From Fimbriosthenelais zetlandica (lineage: Eukaryota): a stretch of DNA of 64,000 nucleotides. Within the stretch, counting starts at the first letter, position 1; each line of letters starts with the position of its first letter. The notes beneath the pieces are model-generated. The model saw nothing but the letters and a program-made list of their open reading frames with translations, had not been told where the DNA came from and did not search any database. Both the position numbers and the translations under genes were made by a program. The stretch is from NCBI GenBank assembly GCA_977030845.1, contig OZ365110.1, positions 10,540,001 through 10,604,000 of the forward strand. The letters run 5' to 3'. Of the stretch, positions 22,401 through 37,400 are shown piece after piece.

Positions 22401-25400
22401 ACATTTAACAGAATTTTAACAAAATTATCCCTGAAAAGATTATTAATATTAGAATCATAAATGCATCATGCAAAATGGAGTTACCATATTTGCGGGTGTA
22501 TAAAACGTGCATTTTTCGTATTTTGCCTTATAAAACAGTCCGTGTTATATCAGCAGGAGAGAATGTAATTTGGCTATAGACATCAGTAAATTGACCAAAA
22601 GGTGTACATAAGTATTTTAAAACACAGGTCTGCACTTTACAATCACATGCATATTACATGTATGTAATACATGGATTGTTTTAGGATTTTAAATTTTCGC
22701 TGCTACACTTAATACCACAGCAAATATGGTAAATAAAATATTTTACAAATTAAGAAAAGTACAATTTTTTATAAAGAATAGTTTACCTGGTGGAATAGAC
22801 TCTTTTGGTTTTATGGCTGGCAGTTCTCTTATCAGATCTCCATCATCCTTATCTCTTGCAAGCCAGCGGTTGAAGATAAACCTATAGGTTTCTTTGGTCG
22901 TCATGTTTTTAGCTCGAATCTGGAACGGAACTCAGCTTTATTTATAATATAATAGGCAGAAATGCAAATATACATCGGAAATTATGCCCGTAGCTAGGAT
23001 TTTTCATGGGGGGCGGGTGCATATAATTTCCCAAACAAGCTGGGGATCAGGAATGGGTTTCCGTGAAGTGGGCTCAGAGGCGGGAGATGCTGCAACCTGT
23101 CACAGATGGTTTGCAGATCTGTCACCGATGTATTGCTGATCTGTCACAGATGTGTTGCTGATCTGTCACAGATGTGTTGCTGATCTGTCACAGATGTGTT
23201 GCTGGTCTGTCACAGATGTGTTGCTGATCTGTCACAGATGTATTGCTGATCTGTTACCGATTTGCTGCTGATCTGTCACAGTAAATAGAGGGAAAAGGGG
23301 GGGGGGGGGTAGGAGAGTGCCAGGGAAGGAATGAGAGGAGGGGCAGAGAGAAGGGATATGGGGACAGGGATGCAGAGCAAAATAATAGGGTTGCAGAGCA
23401 GAGAGTAGAAATATGGAAGGTGGCAGAGAGGGGAGAATTTGCTGTTGAATTCAACACTTTTAACTTGCTCCAGGATCTTGTACAATCAATGAGTCAATGG
23501 TCAATGGTGTCATCATCAGTAACTGTACCCTTTACAACCAGCACCCACCACATATTCCTAGACTCACACTTTTCTTGGTCCTTGCACCTTGTATATTGCA
23601 TAAACGGTTGAGCAATGAATGTTTACTTACATCTTTTACTTTCCAGGATGGTTCCATTTCCTTGCATGTAGGCCGTAACTCAAGTCTCATTTTATATAAT
23701 TTACCTATAGTGCGAAGATTGACCTGAAAGGAAAGGGCGATTAATGTGAAAACATCAATTGTTATGGAATAACGGGACACCCTTATACACAGTGGTCTAT
23801 AACAGGGTTCCCAGCAGTTGATGAAAACAAAATTTCCTGAGTTTTCCCTGATTTATTCCCTGACTAAGCCCTTGTATTCCATCAGATATTTTAGTCATAT
23901 GAAGAATTCTGAAATTCAGTGACGGGCATGAAATTCCCTGAGTTTTCCCTGTCTGGAAAAAGTGAAGCTCATTTTCCAGAGTTTCCCTGATATAGTACAG
24001 AGTCACTGGGGACCCTGTATAATAATTTAACATAATTTTGTCCATTTTAGGGGACATTTTATTACCATATGTGACGTCTTTTCACTAAAATTGGGTCTTA
24101 AGTAGCAAAAAGTGGATTTTATGTTTCTTACAGATTCGTATAGAGCAGATCACGAGCGTTCCAATGAATTCATTTAGTGAAAACACATCATATATCTGAA
24201 CGAAAATGGAATGAACAATAAGAAATCATATATTCATGGTATACATACCTTAAATTGGTCTTGGTTTCCACTGGTGAACATATCATTATCGCCGGCTGTG
24301 CCGAGGATGATGGGGCCGGAACTACCAGCATCACCGTAGGCAGCAAGAACAACATCAGCGTTCTCTGCTCTCTCGAGTGTGTTGATCCATACCTTCCAGT
24401 CACCATCTATTTGTACAGTAAAACAAAACACATTCAATTATGGACTTGGAGACCAGAACCAATTCACTTTCTATAATTGCAATCAATTGACCCTACTCAT
24501 GACAAATTATTTTTTGAAATTTTGCCAGTGGGTACCTGTGGGCCTATATTGACTCCATGGCAGAGTTTCTTTACAAATAAAACTAGTCCTAACATGTCTG
24601 ACAGATAGGTATTTGGTGAACTGATCTGAAGACCTGATGCATCAGCCTCTACAAATTGTCAGATGAGGACCTTGGATTCCCATATTTACACCAGTAATGT
24701 CTTTGCAGTTGCGCTCATGGCACAAGGCAGGCAAATTTGTATAACAACTCTCCGGATTTTGGCCGGAGGCTCTGGCTTTTTGGGGTCTAAAAATGCCTGT
24801 CTCCGGCTTCCGGCCTATGGGCAGCCAAAGTCCATTTTTCCCCGTTTTTTTTAGACTAAAAACATTTAGGCTTAAGAGACCCGTGTTCAGTTGGCATTTC
24901 CATTGTTTCTGGTGGTGTCCAAATTAAAGCAAAATATAATATTATGTTGATATAATGGTTACACAAAGTTTACAGTTCTATTGAAAAGCAATAGACTGAG
25001 TCAGAAGTATCAAAAAGTAAGCAAAGAATCTATGGATCAAAATGGACAAAATTATAATGGAAATTTGCATGTGGCGGCATGGATAGACTCCGGGATTTTC
25101 AAAAAGCCCAAAATGCCAGAAAGAAAGAAAGCTGGAACACGCTAGACCTTTAAACGTTCCCATCGATTCTTAATCATGTACATGTAATTCAAAAAATATG
25201 AAAAACTCTTAATTGAAATAGAATAACAGTCTAAAGCAATGGCATAGGATATGGTCTCACAAAATTGAACAATTAACTTGAGTACATGGTACATGTACAC
25301 CAAAATGTGGACATTTTTACAACTTATAATGACAACCCGACCCACACTTATTTATATATAAATGTACATTCTCACGTGCAGAACAATACAAAATATTTTA

Positions 25401-28400
25401 TATCTAGGATACAACAACCTAGTACAAAACAAACATACAGCTTTAACAAAGTCTTTTTCTGCACAGAGTAAAAGGGTTGAAACAATGGATCTTTTCATTT
25501 TTCCTGACCAAATTATCAATAAATAGTCAGATGACACTACTTAATTTCTCTAACCCTACATTTTTCTCTAACACAAATCTACATAGTGTCTATGGGTTGG
25601 GGTCCAAAGTCATAGGGAGGGCGATTTTCAGTTTACGTTCGAATCTGTTTCTGAAACTGTATGAAAAATCGTTGACTATTCCCATACTTTCCAAATTTGT
25701 CCACCCAAATTCTTTGACCCCAATTCTTAAAAAGCCAAGCTATATTTAGCGTTCAGAATTATTCAAAACTGCTTAGTGGATTAAATTAGTCATAATAATA
25801 ATATATGTACCAGTTTACCCCAGGGGAAACAATAAATTATAAACTATAATACAGACATATACATACAATGACTATCAATTTGAAATTGCACAGTTACCAA
25901 ACATAGTGACCATACAATTTGCTGAAAAGATCGCGCAATGCAATTTTGTGTAGTAATGGTAAAATTATTGACATTGATGCCTTGAATCCCGTTCATCGCA
26001 ATCTCATTTTTCTCATTTGAATTTCATTTATATATCACAATGGGCAGATTATCAAATTCTTTTACAGAAAAATTATCTTTAAAATTCTATAAAAATATCT
26101 TTCCATAAACATTGGACAAATATCAGCGGGCTGTTTCAGAACAACCATTATCAATGCTAAGTCTATGGGAAATTATTGCGCTGAAACAGGCCCCTGGGTT
26201 ATCCATACTTTGGATTATTCAAATTCTTAGGATTCAAAACGCATGTACATGTACATAAGTGAACACATGTAAAGAGAAATAGTTAAGGCTTAATGTAGGG
26301 AGGGGATTACTTACGGCCAAACTCTGGTTAAACCAATAAAAAGCCATTTTTGTGTCTTTAGATTAGAGCCAGTAATTTTCATAAATTATATATATTTCTG
26401 GAATTAATATTATCATGAATTATACAAAATTACATGAACAATTACTGGCTATGTATGTATAGGCTTACGTGCAATAAGCTCGGGTAGGTCAGGAAGCAAA
26501 CAAAAATTATGTAAATTATATCTTTAAAATACCATGTATAATACAAACACTACAGTTGGAAGCGAAATTATCAACGCCCACATTTTGCACTTGTTTAAAA
26601 AGGCATAATTTAAAAGATAAAAAGAAACATAGGTCTGTTTAAATTATGTTTTTGTTTTGAGGATATCACAAACGGCTGCAAAATATTACGATTTGCTGAG
26701 TGATAAGGATGAATTGAGATGGGAGTTGAATAATTATTGCTGTTAACTGTAATACGCATGCGTCAGTAATATTTCATAGCACCATTCATTTCATGCAGAT
26801 TACATTGATAGTTATTGCAGCTACAAACAAGTTGAAAAATATACCGTAATTAAAATAGTAAGGAAGATAACCCTAATTCCTCATATTTTTGGAGTCAGGG
26901 ACGGGGTGGGGGCAGGGAAGGGGTGTAGTTGTTTTGTTTTTTTGCTGTTTTGGTTTTTTCAAAATTATTTTTGGACAGATTGTAACATTGTTATCATAGT
27001 CTATGGAGGTATGGGGGTCGGATTTTGAGTTCGAGACAACTTTAAACTTATCAAAATCAAACTCGATTTTTGAGTTATCTCAGCTTCTAATAATAATTTC
27101 TTACTTAAATTTAGTCCATCACCATATAAAGCGAAAACATACTCTAAACAGAAGCATATATGAGGGTTTACAATTAGGGATCCCAGATGATCCCAGAAAA
27201 AAGGTTTCAGCAACAAGTGGATGATGGGTCTATATATTGGGAAAGATTTTATAAAATAGGGAAGAGAGAAATAGGGGCGATGTATAGTGAGGTAAGGTCT
27301 TACCTTCGTACACAGTGTCTTGACGCTCTTGTTTCGCAGGAGGCTCTTCGATTGGAGGAGGCACTTCGGGTTCCGCTGGGATAGGTACAGGCAGGACTTG
27401 AGGTGGCCGTCTCTTCCGTCTTGGTTGAGGGAGTTGAGTAGGCTGAGGGGGCTGAGGGGAGGGTGGGAGTAGTTCTATGGGTGCCTCGCCTTTTTTATCA
27501 CCAACTGTAAAACAAAAATGCAGACTGCACTAAAGCGATGATGAATTGATAAATTAACAGGGTTCTCAGCAGTTCGTGAAAACAGAATTCCCTGAGTTTT
27601 CCCTGAGCCCTTAAATTCCAGGAGATATTTTAATCATATGAAGCACTCTGAACTTCAGTGGCGGGCATTGGATTGTACGTGTCAACCTCTGAAAAATTAT
27701 CCCACTGAATCAGTGATGAAATTCAAAGAGTTTTCCCTCATTTTTCAAGTGTTTCTCGAGTCTAATTCCCTGGGGTTTCCCTGTCTGGAAAAAGTGGAAC
27801 TCATTTTCCAGGTTTCGCCTAAGGGAGGGGAGTTAGCTCAGTTGGTTAGAGCGCCAGCTCATACAGGGTGATTGACCAATGATCGAAGGGTCGGCGGTTC
27901 AATCCCCCGAGCTGTCCAAGGCATTTCCAATGCCTCCCTCCTCAGGGTGTTGGTGTACGTATGTTCTAGAGCACATGCACCTAGAAATAGCCATTGCACA
28001 GAAGGCAATGTAGCAATGCACTTAGAAAGAGCCCCCAGCTGAAAATCATACGAAAAAACTTGAGTAATCAAGAGTGTGAGCTGGTATTCACCCATAACAG
28101 GCTCTATAAAAATTCTAACTAAAAAAAAAAACAATTTCCAGAGTCACTTGGAACCCTGAAACTTAATCGGATACTCACATTCTATGATTTCTGGGTAGAA
28201 TCGAGTATTGACTTCTCCCGTGTCGGCAGTGGGTTTAACTTGGCCATGGGGTAACATACCCAGGAACACCCCCTCATTACTCATAGACTCCAGAAGGATG
28301 CAGGCTTCTTCACGGATACGTCTTACCCTAAACTGACAGTATACGTCACCATCACCCTAGAAATGAGACAAAAATATACCATCATCATTTGGGAAAGTAA

Positions 28401-31400
28401 ATTTTATGTCAGTGACATACCAGAAGTGTGGAAGATTGGGAGGCTCTTTAAGAGATTTTAAGATTTGGTTAGAAATGTATTATTATGGACGCCTTCATAG
28501 TGTTGGCAGCACCCATATGGCAAAATTCCCTCATCCGGTATTTGACTGCAGCGATTTTTATATGGAATTTTATACAAAGCAGCGGTTCATAATTATATGG
28601 ATTTTAACCTTAGCGACCAGGGGGTGCGGCCAAATATCCGGTAGCATTGTTCAGATGCATTTTCAGGGTTCCAGCAGTTCATGAAAACAGAATTCCCTGA
28701 GTTTCCCTGATTTTTCCCTGGGTAAGCCTTTAATTAAATTCCAGGATATAACTTAGTCATATGAAACACTAGCTCTAAACTTCAGTGGCGGGCATGGCAT
28801 ATTGTACGCGTCAATCTCTGAAAGATTATCCTTCTGAATCACTGTTAAAATTCACTGAGTTTTCTGATTTCTCCAGTTTTTCTCAAATTCCCTGGGTTTC
28901 CCCTGTCTGAAAAAAGTCTGAAAAGCTCATTTTCCAGGCTTTGCCTGATTGCCAGAATCGCTGGGAACCCTGCTTTTGAAACAGGCTTTCCATGGATCTT
29001 ATGAAATGTATATAATTATGTACATATCTCACATTTCACATGTAAAAATATAGAAATTATACAGAAATATTTTATGAATTTGTGTCTTACATTGGCGTCA
29101 CAGATTCCTTCCTTCATACGGAGGAAGTGTCCCGGGGAGACGACGCTCTCAAACATGCGCACTCCACCCACATCCACCTTGTGAATACGGTAATGTGCAG
29201 CCCGGTTACGCTTGCCTGTAGATACGAGCTGGTTATCTTCATCCCTAATCAGGGTTTGTGAGAGAGAAGTGCACATCATGACAATGCCACGGTCACGGGT
29301 GATGCCCTGGAGGAGAGAGTTTCAATATTTTATCAGATGAAAAAAGTTCAGAAGACTTTAAACAGAAAGCAATAACCTGACTGACCAACATATATCACAA
29401 TATATATTATATACGAGGGGAGTTAGCTCAGTTGGTTAGAGCGCCAGCTCATACAGAGTGATTGACCAATGATCGAAGGGTCGGCGGTTCAGTCCCCAGA
29501 GCTGTCCAAGGCATTTGCAATGCCTCCCTCCTCAAAGTGTTGGTGCGTTGTACATATATATGTTCTATAAAGCACATGCACCTAGAAATATTCATTGCAT
29601 AGAAGGCAATATAGTAATGCACATAGAAAGAGCCGACAGCTGAAAATCATACGTAAACTTGTGTAATCAAAAATGTGAGCTGGTATTCATCCATAACAGG
29701 CTCTATAAAAATTGTAACTAAAACTAAAAATATATATGATATAGGTATGTTTCAGTATTTGATGATATTATATTGATCTATCTTTGTATGGTTATGTTTC
29801 AGATTATAATATTGTGTATTTAAATTCTCAAATTCACCGCGATAAAAATACGTTCACCATTCTGGTCTCTCAATATAACAAAATGAGATTAATATGGAAG
29901 CATGGATTTCCACATGTCTGCAATAGAATTTTACAAGGCAGTAGTATTAGATTGTCTACTTTTACTCCTCTATAACTATTTTGCACCACATTTGCTCTCA
30001 ACTATAGTTAGCACCTTAGACACAGCACCAGGCTGAAAACTTTGTAGAGTTATTCTGCCCTGTGAGCCTAGACTATAAAATGCTGTATAAAAATCCTAAA
30101 TAAAAATAAACATTTTGCTCACCTTGCAGTAAACGTAGAATCGTTTGATGTCATCCACTCTTTGTCCCATACGTGGATCTTCTGCCTTGCCGTTAGGTTT
30201 CATTGCCAGGTGCTGGTTCAAGTACTTGACAGATTCAAACAGAATACTGCGATCTGGCTGTACACGAACTTTCAGCTCACTGTACGCACCCCCTCGTCCC
30301 TGGAAGGATCAACAAGTTCATCAGAATTTCCTAATTTCAGAAGAAAATGTACTATTATGGGTTTCACATGTCGAAAATAATATTGCGTTGGTTGCGGAAT
30401 CACGATTGGCTTGCAGAAACAAATTCTGCTCGCCCAAAAACGGTGTTGGCGAGCAGTTTGCGGCCAGAAAATGTATGCATGATTTCAGAAACCCATCGCT
30501 TGTTGCGAATTTCTGCTCGCCAAGATTAGGCCAAATGTATTTCGATGTGTTGTTGGCGAAACACATCGTAATAATTAGAAAAAATGGGTGATTTAGCGAT
30601 GCAAATCGCCAAAACATATTTGGCGATGTCGAATCACAAAACATTATGCAAAGCCAAAATCTTTCTGCAACCCACGGATTGCCTAATGGCATGTTGTATG
30701 TCACAGATGGCATGTAGGGAATCTATGAAACATTGAATTAACAACGAACAAATCATTCTGGAAGATGAACTTGATCATAGTATTATTTTATACCAACATT
30801 AAACAAGGAAATCTAGGCTAAATCATTCAATTTTATAATCTATGAATTGTATCAGTAATATTCGCAAGAGAGGAATCATTGAATATCGGCAGTCTGAACA
30901 GAGGATCGAAATCCTGTCCATTTTGCCACAGAGATACAACATGTCTGCCTCAATTGGTGCTGGTGTGATACTATAATCAGTTCCCACAACTGGATTCCCA
31001 CAATTAAGACATCATCTACCATAGACAGAACATCAGTCAGTGAAACCGGCCACAGTGAATCACACACTTAAAGCCGGGCCTCCACTGCTGCGATTTTGCT
31101 TGCAGCACCTCTGAGATAAGGGCGATGGTTGTGTTCCATTGACAGATTTACCATTAGAAGACGGCCTTAAAGCCTTGGATACTTGGACCACAATTTATAA
31201 ATTTTATTCTAACACAAGCATCAGCTTTATCGCAGTAGTGTGGCAAGCAAAATCGCAGCAGTGGAGACATGGCTTAAGCCATGCAATGACTGCACTAAGT
31301 CTTCATAGATTGTACTTTGATTACGCAGTATTAGTTTATTTGTGCGCTCTCTAGCCTACTTTTAGGCCTTCGCCTATATGCCTACAATTGAAAGCAAAAT

Positions 31401-34400
31401 TACTCGATCCCCTTCATAATTTACGCTTGATGGTAAAATGATATAATATATTTTTGAAAATTTCACAAATTGCATAGATCAAAATTGATGGTAGGTAACG
31501 GTAATAATAACGGTTTTAATTATACTTGAATTGGTATATTATAATTATTTAAATTGTTTAGGTTGGTTTAAGTTAGAAAAGTGTACAATTTGATATTTGA
31601 CACAAAAGGTGTTAAATAGTAATTTTGCTTTCAACGGTATAATCTACAGGAATGAAGTATGACTGCATAGATCTAGAGCTATTTTAAAATGTATTTAAAC
31701 TAATTTCACTCATAATTGTTTAAAAATTAAATCAAATATAATCATGTCAAAGAGTACAAAACTAATTCCTCAGCTCAATGCAGAGAGAGAAGGTGAATTT
31801 GGTGATATCTTGAATTGGGTACAATTATATCTATAGGGTGCAATTCATTCGTGTCCAATTACATTATATACAAGACATATTTTACCTGGTATTTGGTCTA
31901 AAGAATGCAAAATGAAAATCATGCGCATGTCAACACCGTCATGTCATAAATCTGAAAAACCATGGCGTTTTGCCATTTGCAAATGTCGCCCATCTTTGTT
32001 ATGAAACAAAAGATTTTCACACAAAGTAGATTAAATGGGCAGAGGATTAGAACCCATTTCATAAAGAAAATTGACACCTCATCAGCCATTCTCATTGATG
32101 AATTGTGATTTTCAAAATGTAGAAAAATTCAGGATCACCATAAATATATAGTGGATCCTAATTTTGTCTTTGTATAAAAACAACCATCACAAATGTGGAA
32201 TGATAGACAGTTTCAAGTAAGGAAATTACTAAATTTTGGAATATACGTCATGTAAATGTTTTAATGACCATTTCAGCGCATTAGAGGTTATTTTACAATG
32301 AATATTCGCGAATTATTACTTCTGGTGTATTTGGGCCCTCAAATTTCCCATTCAATAAAAGTTACAATTTTAAAATGATTGTATATACCCTTCACAAGAA
32401 AACCACTGCCAATGAAACACGATCATAACTTATAAGTTATGATACGTTATTGGCAGAAGACATTTGTTATTTATGATGGCCAGGTCGATAATTATGATGG
32501 TTTCATGCTGCTATTTAAAAAAAAATCCTTTTACAATTTTACGCACTTTTGCTTCATTCCAATCGTAATGCAACTTAAATCCTTTCTATTCACATGGCGC
32601 ATTGAATGTAGAAATACATAAGATATCAATTATGACAAAGAAGTGTAAGACATTCTCTGTTCCAAAGAATTAATTTCACAAGGAATTCATAATATGAATA
32701 TCACTATAAAGTCAAGGCGTGTGACAGATCGGAAAGAAATGAAAATTCGGATCCAAGTAAGAAATTTCAGCCACAAACCCCTTCCTGGACAAGCAATTCA
32801 CCGGATAGTTTGGATTCAATTTTGAAAAGAAATTCGAATCCAATATTGAAATAAATCTCAATCAGAAAAACCTCCCTTGGACAAGTAATTATTCGTAATA
32901 AAATTTTTGTATTTTTTTTTATCAATGAAATCCTTACAATGAAACCCTAGCACAATGTCATTTATGAGAATTTTAGTATAGGGTTTTCATCGATGAATCT
33001 GGGGATGTTTTAAACAGAGTTTTTTCACTTTTGGGGGTTAATTGGTAATTGACTATCAGTTAGTGCGCTTGTCCTGGTCGGTTATTAGCAATACGGAAAG
33101 TAAAAATAAAAAGTCGAGAGAAACTGTAAATTTGGTACTCGTAAAAATGGAAATTCTCCCTGTAGCTCCTGCGATGCATAATTCCATTATCTTAATATTT
33201 AACTTCATAACTAACATTTCACAAGCTCTTAATAGACCGTGAAAATTATAAGGCAATTTTCTAATAATTATTATTTGACTCAAACATTAGGCTAATTTAC
33301 ACACTTTCTGTAAATTGTTTTTACCCTGTACTATTTATAGGTCTTATATTTTAATTATTACTTTTTAGAATTAGAAACGTTGGTCACCAAGAGAATGCAT
33401 ATTCGAAAGTTTGTTTTGTCTTGATATTCAATATAATTGTAGATTTAAATAAAATTGTTTAGGAACGACTTACCTGTCCCAAGATTTTGGCATTATCTAT
33501 GGCCAGGTGGAAACGATCGTGGTTTAAACTCTGGAATACTCGGATGTTACCTCGGCGTACTATCGGTCTGAATATAGCTATAAAAGGTTTTAAACAAAAT
33601 TATTAATAACTTCGAATACTAATTGAATAAACAGAATTAACTCAATTTTAACATATTATAAGATAAAATTGATTATGTACTCACATTGTTTCATCAAAAC
33701 TGAACGAGCTGAAATGTAACAGAATAAATGATTTTACTACATTTAGAAAAAATAAGGAATGCATTTTCGGTAATACAAAATTACCTTAATTAAGAATTCG
33801 GTTAAATATATCAATAATATACTGTTACTGATAAAAATACACAGGAATTAATTTTACGATAGACAAACTGCCATGTTTTAGGCCCTATCAATCTCATTAG
33901 ATTCATCACCAACATCAAAAGTTGTTAAATTAATTTATAATATCTAAACTTAATATCTTACACATTTGATCCCCATAGTCGCCGTCAGCCCCAACTGTAG
34001 CATCTGGTTTGATGCGTACAGGACGGTTAGACGAAACGGAGTACAGACGTACCTGGTTACCGTTGTCAAACTTCCACTTTTCATACTCAAACTGACAAGA
34101 AAAACAGGGCATAATTTACTTAGAAAAACATACATATCAATCTTTGCTATGCAAGATGATTTTGCATAGAAATCAAATGATTTTGCATAGCAATTACTCT
34201 TTTGCCACTCGAAGAATGCAGATAACATGTATCAAACAAATCGAAATGCTAATTAGAGCTTATATCGCAAATACATTAAATACCGGTTAAATACCGGATA
34301 AATTATACCCTCAAAAAAAAACATTTTTATCTTTTATTTTGGGGACTCAGATACCGTATAGTAACTACTATTATAAAGGAGAAAATAGACTTCTTTGGTA

Positions 34401-37400
34401 GGTTGCAAGGAGCATGCGATTTATTGCAATTGATCGCAAGAGCCTTGCAATAATATTGCTTGCAGTTGAACTTGAACCTTGTGATAAAAAAATTGATCGT
34501 TCTAGTAAAACAAGATTTTTACCGGTAGATCTATAAAAAAAAAAAATTAAAAAAAATGAGGAAATCATCAATTGACAGCTTACTAGTTTCTTCTCAATGT
34601 AATCTTGAATATGTTGATCAACAGGCTTGACTTCCCTAACTGTCTTTCCATCTTCCTCTCCTTCATCAAGCCATCTGATTAAAAAATAACAATGTTTCAG
34701 GGAAAAAAACTTGATTGAAAAGTGAATAACCATTTTCTTACCCGGCCCTAAATATAAGACCCAAGTAGGATAGGTTATGCTGTATTTTCTGGTATTGTCG
34801 ATTTTTTAACTAAATTATTTATATTATTTATAACCGAAACAATGAAAAGTGAATTCCGGTGCATTGCTTTCTAAACTTACGTAAGAACACACATATACAA
34901 GTACACACATATAACCGAGAATAATTCCCCTAAACATATTTCATTAATAATAGCATGAATTGCTGATAACTGACCTGTTACAATAAAATTCCCATCGTCC
35001 ATGGGTCCTTCCTCCCGTCTCAGCCACAATGATCCAGTCCAAAAACCATCCATTACCTAAAATCACCACAAAATGAAGTTTAGCTGAAACAAACCTAATC
35101 GAGTAGTCTCTTGCAGATAAAAAATCTGCAGAATATCCTGCAGACAATCTACTGGAGGCACGATCACTCAGATTACAGATCACAGTCTCCTGCAGACAAG
35201 TGTCTATTTTAGTACGGATCTCCCGGGGAAACGATTACAATCTGCTGCAGACTTTCAAATGACTAATCCCTATTGGGTACTAGGCTTTCTTAGAGCTTTC
35301 TTCGTTTTTGTCCAGGATTCCTGCGGTTCTGAGATCTATGATAAAATTTAAGACTTTTGACTTTTTAAGACATATGATTCCTTACTTTTAAGACACAAAC
35401 TTCAAACAAAGTATGTACTCTTCTGTATACGTTATTATGAGGTAATCATGGAAACAATCGTCAGTAGTATTCTCGAATAAAATGCAAATATTTCAGACTC
35501 TTGCCACAACGAAATTTAAGATTTTTAATGGGGCGCAGGAACCCTTGAGCCCGTTCCATAAGCCATTCACAATAGATGAAACATGCCCCTGTAGTTATTG
35601 GATATAAATTTTAAGGAATTTGGGACAGAGTGTTTTCCTAGGTAGTTCTGACCTTAGATGATTTCACTACAAATATTGGCTGGCTGATGTCTCAGTATAG
35701 AGAAATTAATTCCTAAACGCCCCAGAGTATGAGATTCATGAGGGTCAGCCATCTTGGATGTAACATGGATGTAACATGGATATAACATGGTATTGGTTAG
35801 CCAATCATAATGAGAAAGGGACAGGGCTTTGGCATTTTTCTACACAGGGGGGCACCACCGAGCTGAATCGGACTGTTTGGCATGCCTTTAATAAGCATGT
35901 ATTAAATTATTGAATGGCTATATTTTATTCTTTACCTGCATCACCGGCATCGTGACCAATTATCACCCGAGTTATATTCCCTAAAAGTACTGCCTCCACA
36001 TGGAATATGTCCGTCTGAAATTGAATGTGTTATATTACAGAAGAAGGCCATCGAAATATTTCCCGTAGTGAAAAAAATACAGGAATTTAAAAGAATTATG
36101 AATAGGCCTTACATGTACAAAGAAATTATGAATGAATGAATTGCGAATGTAGGAGGTTTATATGCATCGGACGAATTAAAAAAATCGATCTTGTTCTTGA
36201 TCCTCTTTTTTCCTTTTTCATACGCAAACAAAGTGATCGTTGGTGTCTTAAGATCAGAAGGTATAGGATGGATTGGACAGTGTTTTTGGAGACAGTACAG
36301 CAATAGAATTGCAATAAATATCAGCGGAGAGATATCCAAGCGTCCTCGCCGAAATATTTTGGAATTGTCGTTAGAAGAATATTGTAGAATATTACAGAAT
36401 TCTCATCAAACCAAGCCCTGAAGAAGCCTCACTGAGGGTGAAATGTAGACCACCAGTGAATTTATAGCTGTGCTTGCTTGATTTCATATATTCTAATATA
36501 AAAATTTACAGAATATCTCATACCTGTCCTTTTAAGAATCTGTCCTCCCGCCTGTCTCGAGCCAGTCGTCTCACTCCCGTGTCGCCATTCTCACCATAGA
36601 TGGTGATGTAAACATTACCGTCTGTAGCAGCGTTCCACAAGTCACCAGTGACAGTGGTCACCTCGTACTGCAGCACTAAAATCACATTGATATTAGCATC
36701 ATTTCACATTATTTCACACTGTGTTCAAGAGCTGTTTTCTTGAAAAAAAAAAGTACCCAAACCATAGCTTATTATTTCATTGTCCAAGCACTAACTTTTC
36801 TCAAAAATATTGCTTGTACAATACAATCGCTCGACGAGGGTACCCTCGCCCTCGTTGATTTTCTTGTACATTACAAGCAAAATCTCAAATTTGCGTGTTG
36901 TTTGTGAAACCCCCAAAAAGAAAATAAATAGTTCAGCTAATGCGAACCAGTATTTGTCTAATGTAAATAGTACATCATTCTAATGAAAACTGCCAGACTG
37001 TTGTTCACCTACCCGGTAGAGTAGCTTGGTTTTGTCTCACAGCGGGCAGTTCCCGGCACAGCTCCATGTCATCTTTGTCATCAGCGATCCAACGGCGACA
37101 CTCGAAAATCAACTCCTCATCAGTATGTCTGTCTCTCATCTTAATCTGTAATGAAAGCATATTAATAATTCACTAGGATAAACAGAAAAAATGACTAAAT
37201 ACCGTTGTTTTAATCCTTCAAATTAATGCCGGACCCTAATAGAAGGGACTGTTCATACATGCCTTAAATTATGTTAATGATTATTATGATAGTATATACA
37301 TTAAACCCCAACATTACAAAGCGAAATATTATCAAAAGTAGCATGTCTTAGCTCAGTAAAATTAGTAAGAAACAGAGGTCCTGGAATGACACTGATATTA

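Noticed and set aside
23560-23590. Tiny exon between RP1-like exons 23723-23631 and 22919-22787
   Set aside because: It would need a ~43-nt intron and would break phase; the flanking exons join directly in phase 0.
27827-27920. Functional tRNA gene (also at 29417)
   Set aside because: The anticodon arm does not pair, there is an extra insert, and it continues into a shared body with an A-tail in several copies. It is a SINE head.
28036-28085. Hammerhead ribozyme in the SINE (CTGAAAA...CGAAA)
   Set aside because: The core is CTGAAAA, not CUGANGA; there is no stem II and no correctly placed NUH.
30321-30713. 130-aa and 148-aa overlapping ORFs
   Set aside because: One is antisense to a real exon; the other lies in a repeat-like intronic segment with CTGCTCGCC duplications and has no recognisable protein features.
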